Assembly (NCBI GenBank): GCA_947466225.1
Contig: CANIBL010000008.1
Location: 1,779 to 65,778, forward strand
Direction of reading: 5' to 3'
Source of the DNA: Deltaproteobacteria bacterium
GTDB lineage: Bacteria; Bdellovibrionota_B; Oligoflexia; Oligoflexales; Bog-1112
DNA: 64,000 nt
How positions within the stretch are numbered: position 1 is the first letter of the stretch; the number at the start of each line of letters is the position of its first letter. A model generated the notes under the pieces. That model saw only the letters and a list, made by a program, of their open reading frames with translations, had not been told where the DNA came from and did no database searches. Below are positions 19,896 to 28,646 of this stretch, piece after piece. Made by a program: the position numbers and the translations under genes.

Positions 19896-20843
19896 CTACT
19901 GCCGCAGAAAATACGCCACAATCACCTTTCGCAAAATCTCAGCTGCCAGCTTACCGGTACACCCCGTTGGGTCATAACAAGGGGCAAACTCTACTAGCTC
20001 AAATGCTCGCAGGTAAGGGGATGCAAGACAGAGGTCCAATAAGGGAAAAAACTGGTTCGGAAACAGCCCCAATCCTTGGGGTGCGCTGACACCGGGCGCT
20101 ACGCTTGCATGTATAACATCCAAGCAAAAAGAGAGGTACAGATTTTGTGTCCTGCGAAGCTTTTCTTGTAGGTGCTGCCGCACATGCTCTGGATCTTGTA
20201 TGCAGGTCTCTGCCCGCATCACATCGGTCTTGCTTGCGGCTGCCCGCGCAAAAAGTGTCTGCGTGTTGCTCGACGGTTGAATCCCGACACACGAGTACGA
20301 AAAAGTGCGATTCGCAGCCTCGCATGCCTCTGCCATTTGCGTGAAAGGCGTGCCTGATGTACCCCGTCCTGCCTCTACGGGGCGAAGATCTAGATGCGCA
20401 TCAAAGTTCACAATCTCGAGAGGATCTACGCCATGGGAAGCAATCCCTTGATAGGTACCCCAAGCAGTTTCATGCCCGCCTCCCATAATCAAGGGGAAGC
20501 CGCCTGCGTCTAGGATGCCTTTTACCACTTCCCCAAGTTCTGCTTGGGCTGCCTCCAGATCATCCCCCACACATGAAATATCCCCCAAGTCCAAGATCTG
20601 AGCAGAGGGTGGAAGTGTCACACACAGGTTTGCCATATAGGTACGCAAGGCTGCAGGTCCTTGTGCAGCACCGGGGCGTCCGAGATTGCGCACCACCCCT
20701 GCATCTACAGCAAACCCAACCAAACAGAGTGACCCTGATGTCACAGATTCTACGCCGCATATAGGTTGTACATGTTGGAAGAGGCGCTCTTTCTTCGCCG
20801 TGTCGAGACGTCCCTTCCATGGAGTAGCGGATATAAGTGGCAT
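19896..20843 (-). CDS. Arginase-family hydrolase, formimidoylglutamase (HutG)-like
   Basis: Ureohydrolase metal-ligand motifs GGGHETAWG, FDAHLDLR and SFCLDV. No other hut genes in the window. Confidence 0.7.
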   Translation of the reverse strand: MPLISATPWKGRLDTAKKERLFQHVQPICGVESVTSGSLCLVGFAVDAGVVRNLGRPGAAQGPAALRTYMANLCVTLPPSAQILDLGDISCVGDDLEAAQAELGEVVKGILDAGGFPLIMGGGHETAWGTYQGIASHGVDPLEIVNFDAHLDLRPVEAGRGTSGTPFTQMAEACEAANRTFSYSCVGIQPSSNTQTLFARAAASKTDVMRAETCIQDPEHVRQHLQEKLRRTQNLYLSFCLDVIHASVAPGVSAPQGLGLFPNQFFPLLDLCLASPYLRAFELVEFAPCYDPTGCTGKLAAEILRKVIVAYFLRQ

Positions 20844-20932
20844 ATGTCTTCCTATATCAAGAGGTTCTGTTTTTCCCGTGGAAGATTTTTTCCCTACCAG
20901 AAATTTTAATTGGCTGACCAGTCAAATATCAG

Positions 20933-20962
20933 TTGACGCCGATCTTTTTTCTCCATTACAAG
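20933..20962 (+). promoter_or_regulatory. Promoter-like block upstream of small secreted protein gene (copy A)
   Basis: TTGACG, 18-nt spacer, TACAAG. The about 45-nt block is nearly identical to the one at 21614, better conserved than its flanks. Confidence 0.35.
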
Positions 20963-20993
20963 AACCTACCATTCAAACAACGGAGGAGAAAAT

Positions 20994-21326
20994 ATGAAAA
21001 AGTATGTGGCGATGTGGGTAGCAATGTTGGGACTTTCCTACCATGCGATGGCTTGCGATGATTATGCACATGGCGCGCCGGCACCGGAAGGGCCTGTCTA
21101 TACAGGTGGTGCATGTACAGATGCAGATGAAGTGGCGCATTTTGCGCAACATGCAAGAGCAAAGCTCCAGAAAGAAGCAGCCGAGCAAGGCATCACAGTC
21201 GAAGAGCTACGCAAGCAGTACTCCCTTGCGGCGCGTCTTGCGGCCTCCCGCGCATCAGCGACTCGCATGGGGCTCGGCTGTGGGGATGCATTTGTACGAG
21301 ACCCAGCTGCGCTTAACCTTAAGTAA
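20994..21326 (+). CDS. Small secreted protein (110 aa), paralog A
   Basis: GGAGGAG RBS. Signal peptide MKKYVAMWVAMLGLSYHAMA is shared with the ORF at 21675. The mature part is unrelated to its paralog. Confidence 0.6.
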   Translation: MKKYVAMWVAMLGLSYHAMACDDYAHGAPAPEGPVYTGGACTDADEVAHFAQHARAKLQKEAAEQGITVEELRKQYSLAARLAASRASATRMGLGCGDAFVRDPAALNLK

Positions 21327-21351
21327 CCAATCGAAATTCAAGGTTGGAACG

Positions 21352-21394
21352 TTTTTTACTGGGGAACCTTCGCAGATGGTGCCCCAGTAAAAAA
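21352..21394. repeat. REP-like palindromic element (family 1)
   Basis: ttttttactggggaaccttcgcagatggtgccccagtaaaaaa. Confidence 0.65.
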
Positions 21395-21449
21395 TTTTCA
21401 ACATTATCCCTAGCGACATGCCCGATTTTACGCCGCGCACTGGTTGTGC

Positions 21450-21521
21450 ATATTGAAAGAGCCTCCGCCTGCATCGCTGTTCTGGGAAGAACCTTCCATG
21501 GAGCTGCGGACACAAATGACA
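21450..21521 (-). pseudogene. Relic of the hutG 5-prime end carried along by a local duplication
   Basis: Reverse-strand translation MSFVSAAPWKVLPRT resembles the HutG N-terminus MPLISATPWKGRLDT. DNA homology to 20770-20843 fades after about 15 codons, and no arginase domain follows. Confidence 0.4.
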
Positions 21522-21613
21522 TATGTCTACCTATATCAATAGGTTCTCGTTTTTCCTTGGCGGAGGCCTTTTTCCACAAAGAATTCCTGTTGGTTCATGT
21601 AGGCGAATATTAG

Positions 21614-21643
21614 TTGACGCCGGTCTTTTTTCTCCATTACAAG
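21614..21643 (+). promoter_or_regulatory. Promoter-like block upstream of small secreted protein gene (copy B)
   Basis: Same TTGACG-N18-TACAAG block as at 20933. Confidence 0.35.
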
Positions 21644-21674
21644 AACCTACCATTCAATCGGCGGAGGAAAAAGT

Positions 21675-22007
21675 ATGAAAAAGCATATGGCAATTTGTGC
21701 AGCGGTGTTGGGACTTTCTTATCATGCAATGGCCAGTGAAAAATCTGCTCAGAGTGTGAATGAAAAAGCTGCTGTATCTAAAGGTACAACGGCAGAACGA
21801 GTAGAACTACGTACTGCAGCTGACAGTCAAAATTCTACAGTTGAACAGTTTCGTCAAGCTACAGGTATAGTCAACTATCCAGCTGGAGATGGGCGTCCCA
21901 CATTTACAGAGCAAAAAGAAGCTATGTTGTTAGATAGAACTCTCAACTCTGTGTGGGGTGAGAGAGAGGCACGATATGATGAGAGATTTGGTGCAAGATT
22001 CTTCTAA
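21675..22007 (+). CDS. Small secreted protein (110 aa), paralog B
   Basis: GGAGGA RBS. Signal peptide MKKHMAICAAVLGLSYHAMA. The mature domain differs from paralog A. Confidence 0.6.
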   Translation: MKKHMAICAAVLGLSYHAMASEKSAQSVNEKAAVSKGTTAERVELRTAADSQNSTVEQFRQATGIVNYPAGDGRPTFTEQKEAMLLDRTLNSVWGEREARYDERFGARFF

Positions 22008-22027
22008 CCCCCCAAGAGGTTTCTCCC

Positions 22028-22981
22028 ATGATGCACCGCATTGCGCTTTTTGTCTTCGTCTGTGCTGTAACATACCTCGGTGCCGCACAACCTGCTGTAG
22101 CTCCGCTCCGGATTGGCCTGTTGTACAGCGGAGATAGCTTTGCCGTTGCCCATGCTTTCGACAGCGGACTCTTTGCTCAGCATGGAGTTACAGTTGAGCT
22201 CATCCCCTTTACCAGCGCCTTTGAGCGAGACAATGCCTTGCTTGCGGGCCAAATCGACGGGGCCAATGGGGACCTTATCGGTGCATCCCTGATGCGAAAT
22301 CGCGACGAAAAAATCCGCATCACAGCACTCACCTTGGGCGATGATCCTTCCTTACGCCTATGTGGCCTTGTAGTGTCCAATACAAGCCAATATAAATCCC
22401 CCCAGGATCTCAAGGGCAAAACCTTGGCTATTTCACCCAATACCACCATCGAGTATTTGGCTGATCGTATTCTCCAAGCCAATGGTGTAGCTCCAACTTC
22501 GATGGTGCATACCCAAATTCCCAATCTCCAGTTGCGAATGAGTATGCTGCAGCAGAAGAAACTGGATGCGGCCCTGCTACCAGAACCTCTGGCTTCTATG
22601 GCCGTGCTACAAGGGGGTAAAATCCTCCTCGACAACCGCACGCTACCCTATGCCCATGCTATTCTTGTCTTTCGTAAAGATGTGATCGAGACAAAAACTG
22701 ATTCTGTGCAACGGTTTCATACTGCCATATGGGCTGGCATCCATACGATCAATCAAAATCCCCAAGCCTATCGCCAAGCGATTGCCATGCGATGCAAGGT
22801 ACCCGACGCCATTAAAGAGCCGGACTTTCTCTACCGATTTTCACCTCCCCAGTTGCCGTCTCTTGCGTTATACCAAGATGTGCAATCTTGGCTCCAAGAG
22901 AAAAAGAGTATGAAAGCACCGATTGCTTATGACTCCATCATGGACCCACGCTTTCTCCCTGCAGCCCCCCATGCTCCTTGA
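22028..22981 (+). CDS. ABC transporter periplasmic substrate-binding protein (NMT1/SsuA/TauA-like)
   Basis: Signal peptide, type-2 periplasmic binding-protein pattern, and operon context with NitT/TauT-type ATPase and permease genes. Confidence 0.65.
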   Translation: MMHRIALFVFVCAVTYLGAAQPAVAPLRIGLLYSGDSFAVAHAFDSGLFAQHGVTVELIPFTSAFERDNALLAGQIDGANGDLIGASLMRNRDEKIRITALTLGDDPSLRLCGLVVSNTSQYKSPQDLKGKTLAISPNTTIEYLADRILQANGVAPTSMVHTQIPNLQLRMSMLQQKKLDAALLPEPLASMAVLQGGKILLDNRTLPYAHAILVFRKDVIETKTDSVQRFHTAIWAGIHTINQNPQAYRQAIAMRCKVPDAIKEPDFLYRFSPPQLPSLALYQDVQSWLQEKKSMKAPIAYDSIMDPRFLPAAPHAP

Positions 22982-23690
22982 GGCCCGCAACATAGGCCTG
23001 CTCTATGGTACAGAGCCTGTACTCCGGGATCTCTCTTTCTCTCTGCAGCAAGGTAAAACCTACGCCTGTGTCGGCCCCTCTGGTTGCGGTAAAACATCCT
23101 TAGTACATCTTCTGGCCGGCTTGATTCCCCTTTCTGTAGGTGAAATTCAAACGAACTTTACATGCGCCCATCCCATCAGCGTAATGCTGCAGCAATATGG
23201 GCTCTTCCCCTGGAAGCGCGTAGAAGAAAATATCGAGCTCGGATATACGTTGCTCAATCCTTCGGCTCCATTCCCGACAGAGCTTGTTCATAAACTGGGC
23301 CTGGAACCTAGCCTGCATAAGTGGCCGCGAGAGCTCAGTGGAGGTCAGCAGCAACGGGTTGCCCTGGCCCGCGCCTTGGCTCAACATCCCGAAATTCTGC
23401 TTCTCGATGAACCCTTCTCCGCTCTCGATTGCCAAACCCGAGAGTCCTTACAGGATCTGCTCAAACAGCTACAACAAGAGCGTGGCTTTACCTTTCTCCT
23501 CGTCACCCATGACATGGCAGAAGCCGCCTATCTAGCGGAAGAAATTTGGATTATGCCGCCCTCTGTAGAAGGTGTGATACAACGTTGCGAAAACCCTCAT
23601 ATGCACAGTCAAGATTTTCGTACCTCACGTGAGTACTTTGATATGTGCAGCATCCTGCGCACCCAGATACGCACGGATCGTGTGACATGA
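22971..23690 (+). CDS. ABC transporter ATP-binding protein (NitT/TauT family)
   Basis: Start at the ATG at 22971 (MLLEARNIG...), overlapping the upstream stop. Walker A GPSGCGKTS, LSGGQQQRVALARAL, Walker B ILLLDEP. Confidence 0.85.
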   Translation: MLLEARNIGLLYGTEPVLRDLSFSLQQGKTYACVGPSGCGKTSLVHLLAGLIPLSVGEIQTNFTCAHPISVMLQQYGLFPWKRVEENIELGYTLLNPSAPFPTELVHKLGLEPSLHKWPRELSGGQQQRVALARALAQHPEILLLDEPFSALDCQTRESLQDLLKQLQQERGFTFLLVTHDMAEAAYLAEEIWIMPPSVEGVIQRCENPHMHSQDFRTSREYFDMCSILRTQIRTDRVT

Positions 23691-24406
23691 ATCTACTCAC
23701 AGCTCTCTTCATATTGTGCAGCGCATGGGAAGTGATGGCACGCCTAGCGGATGCCGTCTTTTTTCCTCCGTGCAGCGCCTGTCTCTTTGCTTTTGATGGG
23801 GCTACTTATATCGCGTTATTGGGGCATGTGGGGATCAGTCTCTGTCGGGTGTTTGCTGGACTTAGCTTGGGAGGAGTTCTAGGAGCTGCTATGGGGCTTT
23901 ATCTGGGGCAACATCCACGAGCCGATAGAGTGGCAGCCCCGTTTCTTTTTCTCACGTATCCCTTTCCTAAAGTGGTACTGATCCCACTCTTGCTGTTTGC
24001 CTTCGGCCCAGGGGAGCTATCTAAATTGATGCTACTTGCGATTTTTAGCTTTTACCAACTCGTCGTGATAGGACGAGATGCGGCGAAGTCAGTACCGGCA
24101 AATTATTTGCTTGCCTTTCGCACCTTGAGTCAAAATCAACTCGCACTGTATCAACACGTGATCCTACCCGCTTGTATGCCACAGCTCCTCTCAGGTTTGC
24201 GCATCAGCCTTGGCACCTGTTTGGCTCTTCTCTTTTTTACTGAAACATACGCGACGCAACAAGGCATTGGCTATGCCATTTGGGATGCCTTTTCCCAGTT
24301 TGATTATCCCCGGGTTTATCTGGCTTCGTGTCTACTTTGTGGCTGCAGCTGGGGATTATATGCAGGAATTTCTTGGATAGAAGGCCGGGTTTTAAGCTGG
24401 ATGTAA
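23687..24406 (+). CDS. ABC transporter permease (NitT/TauT family)
   Basis: ATGA overlap with the ATPase gene; 6 TM helices; EAA-like loop region. Confidence 0.75.
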   Translation: MNLLTALFILCSAWEVMARLADAVFFPPCSACLFAFDGATYIALLGHVGISLCRVFAGLSLGGVLGAAMGLYLGQHPRADRVAAPFLFLTYPFPKVVLIPLLLFAFGPGELSKLMLLAIFSFYQLVVIGRDAAKSVPANYLLAFRTLSQNQLALYQHVILPACMPQLLSGLRISLGTCLALLFFTETYATQQGIGYAIWDAFSQFDYPRVYLASCLLCGCSWGLYAGISWIEGRVLSWM

Positions 24407-24420
24407 TTCGATGTAATGGG

Positions 24421-24471
24421 TTTTTCTTTTTTCTTTGCAAAAACTACGCAGTTGGTTCCGCAAAGAAAAAA
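24421..24471. repeat. REP-like palindromic element (family 1) between convergent genes
   Basis: tttttcttttttctttgcaaaaactacgcagttggttccgcaaagaaaaaa. Confidence 0.65.
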
Positions 24472-24472
24472 C

Positions 24473-25423
24473 TTACCCATGCTCGGGCAAAGAGATGATC
24501 TTCCCCGCAGCACTCTGCTGACTGGCAAGATGCAACACGAAAGTGGTAAGCGTAAGAAATTGGCTCTCCGATACGTGAGTCCAGCTAATCCCGGCTTGGC
24601 CATCCCCCAAAAAAACTCTCTCCACTCTACCTGAAAGAGAGATAAACTCCCCTTGTTCCTTGGGTAAAAAAGGCCCTACCGGTACATGCAAGCGGAGTTG
24701 ATCCCGCAGATGAAATGTCACACCTGTGCCGCCTTCGAGTAACGCGCCGTGCACACTGAGGTTGGTGATTGTAGCTGCTTTCATCTCCGGCGTTTGTAAG
24801 GAAGTAAATCGAACCGAAATATTGGTAGAGAAGCGCCGGCTTCTACGCGCTTCTCGTACATCCAATACTTTATCGATACGTTGCTCAATTTCTTTCACGG
24901 TAGAGTTGCGAAATACCACGTATTGATCTACTTCCTGAAATGGCAGCAATACTTTACCGTAGGCTTCCACCAATACTTCTTCGTTTTCCGTTAGAAACAA
25001 CACAGGAATGGGGGTATCTGGGTTCTTGGCTTTTACTTTTTTGACCCATTCGAGTGTCTCTTCTATCGGCCCTACTTTGTCATGCAATACTACCAACATC
25101 AGCTGTCGATTCAAAACTCGTTGCATATCCCCATTGTGATGCACGGTAAGGACAGATAGAGAGGAAAATTTTTTCTCTAAGTAGGTTACGAGTGCTTTCT
25201 GCAAAGCGAAATCAAACTGGTCACTTACTGCCAACAGGACATATTTTTTCCGCTTTTTATTGCTGGCATAGGGAGGCTCTTGCAAGGCGGTTACATTTCG
25301 AACACTCGTAGACTTCTCTTCTTGCAGCACGGCCATATTGCCTCCAAGTACATGTACGAGCGAAGAGGATCCCCCGACGCGCCCTTTGCTAGCTAGGGAT
25401 GACGATATTGTAATGCCCGTCAT
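24473..25423 (-). CDS. PilZ domain protein with N-terminal receiver-like domain
   Basis: C-terminal PilZ c-di-GMP motifs RRSRR ... NLSVHGALL. The N-terminal alpha/beta region resembles a degenerate receiver. The start is uncertain (ATG at 25423 or 25336). Confidence 0.65.
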   Translation of the reverse strand: MTGITISSSLASKGRVGGSSSLVHVLGGNMAVLQEEKSTSVRNVTALQEPPYASNKKRKKYVLLAVSDQFDFALQKALVTYLEKKFSSLSVLTVHHNGDMQRVLNRQLMLVVLHDKVGPIEETLEWVKKVKAKNPDTPIPVLFLTENEEVLVEAYGKVLLPFQEVDQYVVFRNSTVKEIEQRIDKVLDVREARRSRRFSTNISVRFTSLQTPEMKAATITNLSVHGALLEGGTGVTFHLRDQLRLHVPVGPFLPKEQGEFISLSGRVERVFLGDGQAGISWTHVSESQFLTLTTFVLHLASQQSAAGKIISLPEHG

Positions 25424-25452
25424 GCCGAGGCCAAGGACCGTATGGGCATCTC

Positions 25453-26790
25453 CTAACGAAAGGGAGTAGCTGTATCAGCGCTAGCTTGTAGCGATAGCGG
25501 CACAACCAAATCACCTGCTTGAATCTGCGCACGAGAAGCTGTACCGCGTATTGTGCCTCGCCCCCCTGTTGCATCTACTGACTCTACCGTCCACTCTGCA
25601 ATTTTCCCATAGGTCTTGCGACGCCCTACCACATCGCTTTGAAGACCGAGAACCGAAAAAGTTTGCCCGGTATGAAGGGGCGTTTTGGTATGAATCTGTG
25701 CTACATGAGAGGCATCTTCATAGCGTACGATGGTGCCGATATGGGCTGTGGATTTTGCTGGATACATCTTCTCTACCTGCATATCCGGTACCGCTACAAA
25801 TTGGGTATGAAAGTCCGGGCTACCTGCATGTTGTAAGGCAACCTGCAGTAGGTCCTCTTTTTCTCCTGGGAACCAATATACACAGGTCCCCGTTGTATCC
25901 GTTTTCCCTACAGCTTCTCCATTCACTTGTACCGTCACACCCGACACACCCTTTTTCTCGGAAGAACTGTCATAGGCATGGACTTCCAATCGATACCCCT
26001 TTTTGGCTTTTGTCACCTTTGCAGGTTTTTGTGCCACCACCATTGGTTTGGATTTTTTCATCTCTTTCCCAGGAGAAACAGATGCTGTCTCGAGTGCGTG
26101 TACAGGCGTCAGAGAGTGCGGATCTATAATCAAAAGCGGCTCTGGATGGGCCAATGGAATGGGCACCGGCTCCAAGCGGACTTCCTCTGTGGAAGTGGGG
26201 ACGGCGCTGGAGACTGGAGGGGGCGATGCCATTTTTGAAGCTGCTGCGACTGAGGGTACTTGTACAGGTTTTGCTTCTGTGACAGGAGGGGCCGTCACTG
26301 CGGGGGGCGCACTCACAGGCTCGGGTTTTTTCTCCACGACAATCGGTGCTGAGGGTGCCACAATCGACACTGCCACAACGGGTGTAGATGGTGGAGGTGC
26401 AACCGGGGTCGTAGCGACAGCCGGTGTTATAGATCCTGCTAGCACAGGTGGAGAGATCGGTTGCATTTTGGGCAATGCATAGAGCGTGACCGTCAGCAGA
26501 ATTTCTGAGGGCGTTTGAGGGGTAATCTCCACGCGCTCAGTATAAGGCGCATAGTAGGCTTGTCGATCCTCTTTACCCGCTGTGATTTTGGGCTGTGCGC
26601 CAAAAGAGAAAGGCAACGTTGTGACAAAAAATCCACTGGCATCGGTTTCCCCGAGGGATTTGTCATCAAGATGGATCCATGCTTTGGATACCTCCTTACC
26701 CTGGTTGTCTTGCACAAAAAACCGAAGCCGGTACGATTTGCTTGGGGTACAAGCCCAGCACAGAAACAAAAAGAGAGGAATCCGTTTCAT
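25453..26790 (-). CDS. Lipoprotein with Pro/Ala/Val-rich linker and two carboxypeptidase-regulatory-like beta-sandwich segments
   Basis: MKRIPLFLFLCWAC signal/lipobox-like N-terminus, with the start at 26790 giving an ATGA overlap with the upstream gene. About 120-aa PAV-rich low-complexity centre. Confidence 0.55.
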   Translation of the reverse strand: MKRIPLFLFLCWACTPSKSYRLRFFVQDNQGKEVSKAWIHLDDKSLGETDASGFFVTTLPFSFGAQPKITAGKEDRQAYYAPYTERVEITPQTPSEILLTVTLYALPKMQPISPPVLAGSITPAVATTPVAPPPSTPVVAVSIVAPSAPIVVEKKPEPVSAPPAVTAPPVTEAKPVQVPSVAAASKMASPPPVSSAVPTSTEEVRLEPVPIPLAHPEPLLIIDPHSLTPVHALETASVSPGKEMKKSKPMVVAQKPAKVTKAKKGYRLEVHAYDSSSEKKGVSGVTVQVNGEAVGKTDTTGTCVYWFPGEKEDLLQVALQHAGSPDFHTQFVAVPDMQVEKMYPAKSTAHIGTIVRYEDASHVAQIHTKTPLHTGQTFSVLGLQSDVVGRRKTYGKIAEWTVESVDATGGRGTIRGTASRAQIQAGDLVVPLSLQASADTATPFR

Positions 26791-27395
26791 TTGCATGTTT
26801 TCCTACTGCATGATTGATTCGATACCCATGCGACCGATTGACTCTCTGGCAGCCACACGAGGGATCGTTTTTTTTCTTTCTTCAAAACAAAAAATACCCG
26901 CCCTGCTGGAATCACCAACGGTACAATCGCTTGGTCTGGATACGACATCAGGGAACGCCCTGGCGTTACAACCAAGGCCTCCAGGGCACGCGTATCCACG
27001 GTAAAGGAACCCGTCTGGGTAGAAAGTGGGGCTAGAGACTGTTGATGCACCCACCCAGCCCGACCCGTATCTCCCTGAAAGACTTTTACCCACTTTCGAT
27101 AGTGGTCCAGCACCAAAACCCGATCCCCAGTTTCGAGCAAGACCCCCTGTAGAGGGAACTGGCTACCGGGTCCCTCTCGCATCTCGGCGGCAGGTTGCGT
27201 CACGTGGCTGAAGGATAGCAGAGAGTTGGGAATTTGTAATAGAGTAGATTCTTTCTGATTTTCCGCCCCCAAGGCAATCGGTATCACCGTTCGAGGTTGT
27301 ACCGATTGAACGGAAAGAATGGGGAGGGATTTTGGGGCGGAGGAGGTCCAAGGGATACAACCCACCATACTGAAGAGAATCACAATCCAACTCAT
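26787..27395 (-). CDS. Secreted bacterial SH3 domain protein
   Basis: Signal peptide. SH3b-like segment AEMREGPGSQFPLQGVLLETGDRVLVLDHYRKWVKVFQGDTGRAGWVHQQSL. Confidence 0.55.
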   Translation of the reverse strand: MSWIVILFSMVGCIPWTSSAPKSLPILSVQSVQPRTVIPIALGAENQKESTLLQIPNSLLSFSHVTQPAAEMREGPGSQFPLQGVLLETGDRVLVLDHYRKWVKVFQGDTGRAGWVHQQSLAPLSTQTGSFTVDTRALEALVVTPGRSLMSYPDQAIVPLVIPAGRVFFVLKKEKKRSLVWLPESQSVAWVSNQSCSRKTCK

Positions 27396-27509
27396 ACGGC
27401 CTCCGGATAAGTAAAACCTTCACATCATGTGATTTTATCACTATTATACGAAACGTTTTCGTTTTCCGGGAGAAAGCTCCCGTCTTCTTTCTTCCAAAGT
27501 GGACATTGT

Positions 27510-28646
27510 ATGTTGGTTGCTGCAAATCAAGGCGCTGTACTACGAGTTGGCATTCTCCGCACCAGCAGTATTGGAGACGTGGTGTTGGCCAGTGCGTGTC
27601 TCACGTTACTCGATCAACTGCAGCTACCGGTAGAAGCCGTCTGGCTGGGTCGAAACCCCGCCTTGCAACTCCTACGGGATGCATACCCCAACTTGCCCTT
27701 CATTGAAGTGGCAAAAGATCCGTCCATTCCAGATTTGGTTGAACAACTACAAGGCACCAGTTTTTTGGTAGATTTGCAGGGAAATTGGCGATCGCGACTA
27801 TTGGCTCGAGCCTTTAAGAAGGCATATGGGAAACCGACCTATCACGCACCGAAGGCCCAGTTTCAGCGCAACCGTATGATCTTAGAAGGACGTATGCTGG
27901 GCCGCCGGCGCCCCCTTTCCGAGCGAGCTCTCGCACCGGAGCAAACCCAGTTCCAAACCATGGTGCAAACCTTACGCACCGCTTTGCTACGTCACGCCCC
28001 CGCCAATGCACATCCGCAAATCGAGAGTCTCCACCAAGCAGTACCTCGTCTCCCTTTGCCCCCTCTGCCACCAAACACGGTGTGGGAAAGGGACTTACAG
28101 CAAGGAATCTGGCTGGCGGTGGCCCCCGGGGCTTCCTTCGCCACGAAACGCGCACCAGAGTCTCTCTTCATCGAAAGCTTGGCCTTGGCCCAGCAGAAGT
28201 ACTACGATGCAGCTGGCTCTGGAGCTGCGACCTTGGGTCTTGTCTTTTTGGGCGATGCCACCGATCGAGTCTGTGCCCAGGCCATATCTGATGCGCTGGC
28301 GTGGCGAGACCCCATTTTGAATCTGTGCGGTACCTTGTCCCTCACGGAAACCGCACGGGCCCTGCATCGATGCCGGATACTTCTGAGTAATGACTCCTCC
28401 CTCGGGCACATTGCAGAGGCTTGTGACACCCCGGTTGCCGTTCTCTTCGGTCCTACCGTGGAGGGATTTGGTTTTGCCCCTCATCTACCCCAAAGTCGGG
28501 CCTTTTCTGTCCCCATCGGATGCCGACCTTGTTCCAAGCATGGAAAAGCCCCATGCCGCTTTGGGGATCGTCTCTGCTTCGCCCAAATTTCACGCCCCAT
28601 TGTAGCGGAATTTTTGGCCCACACTCTACTTACGAGGCCCATATAA
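27510..28646 (+). CDS. Glycosyltransferase family 9 (LPS heptosyltransferase-like)
   Basis: Start at the ATG at 27510. N-terminal LRVGILRTSSIGDVVLASACL is typical of GT9. C-terminal LLSNDSSLGHIAEA motif. Confidence 0.75.
   Translation: MLVAANQGAVLRVGILRTSSIGDVVLASACLTLLDQLQLPVEAVWLGRNPALQLLRDAYPNLPFIEVAKDPSIPDLVEQLQGTSFLVDLQGNWRSRLLARAFKKAYGKPTYHAPKAQFQRNRMILEGRMLGRRRPLSERALAPEQTQFQTMVQTLRTALLRHAPANAHPQIESLHQAVPRLPLPPLPPNTVWERDLQQGIWLAVAPGASFATKRAPESLFIESLALAQQKYYDAAGSGAATLGLVFLGDATDRVCAQAISDALAWRDPILNLCGTLSLTETARALHRCRILLSNDSSLGHIAEACDTPVAVLFGPTVEGFGFAPHLPQSRAFSVPIGCRPCSKHGKAPCRFGDRLCFAQISRPIVAEFLAHTLLTRPI

Noticed and set aside
26003-26482. 159-aa Gly/Thr/Ala-rich ORF on the plus strand.
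   Set aside because: It is antisense to the Pro/Ala/Val-rich linker of the lipoprotein gene. It is a typical shadow ORF in GC-rich low-complexity sequence.
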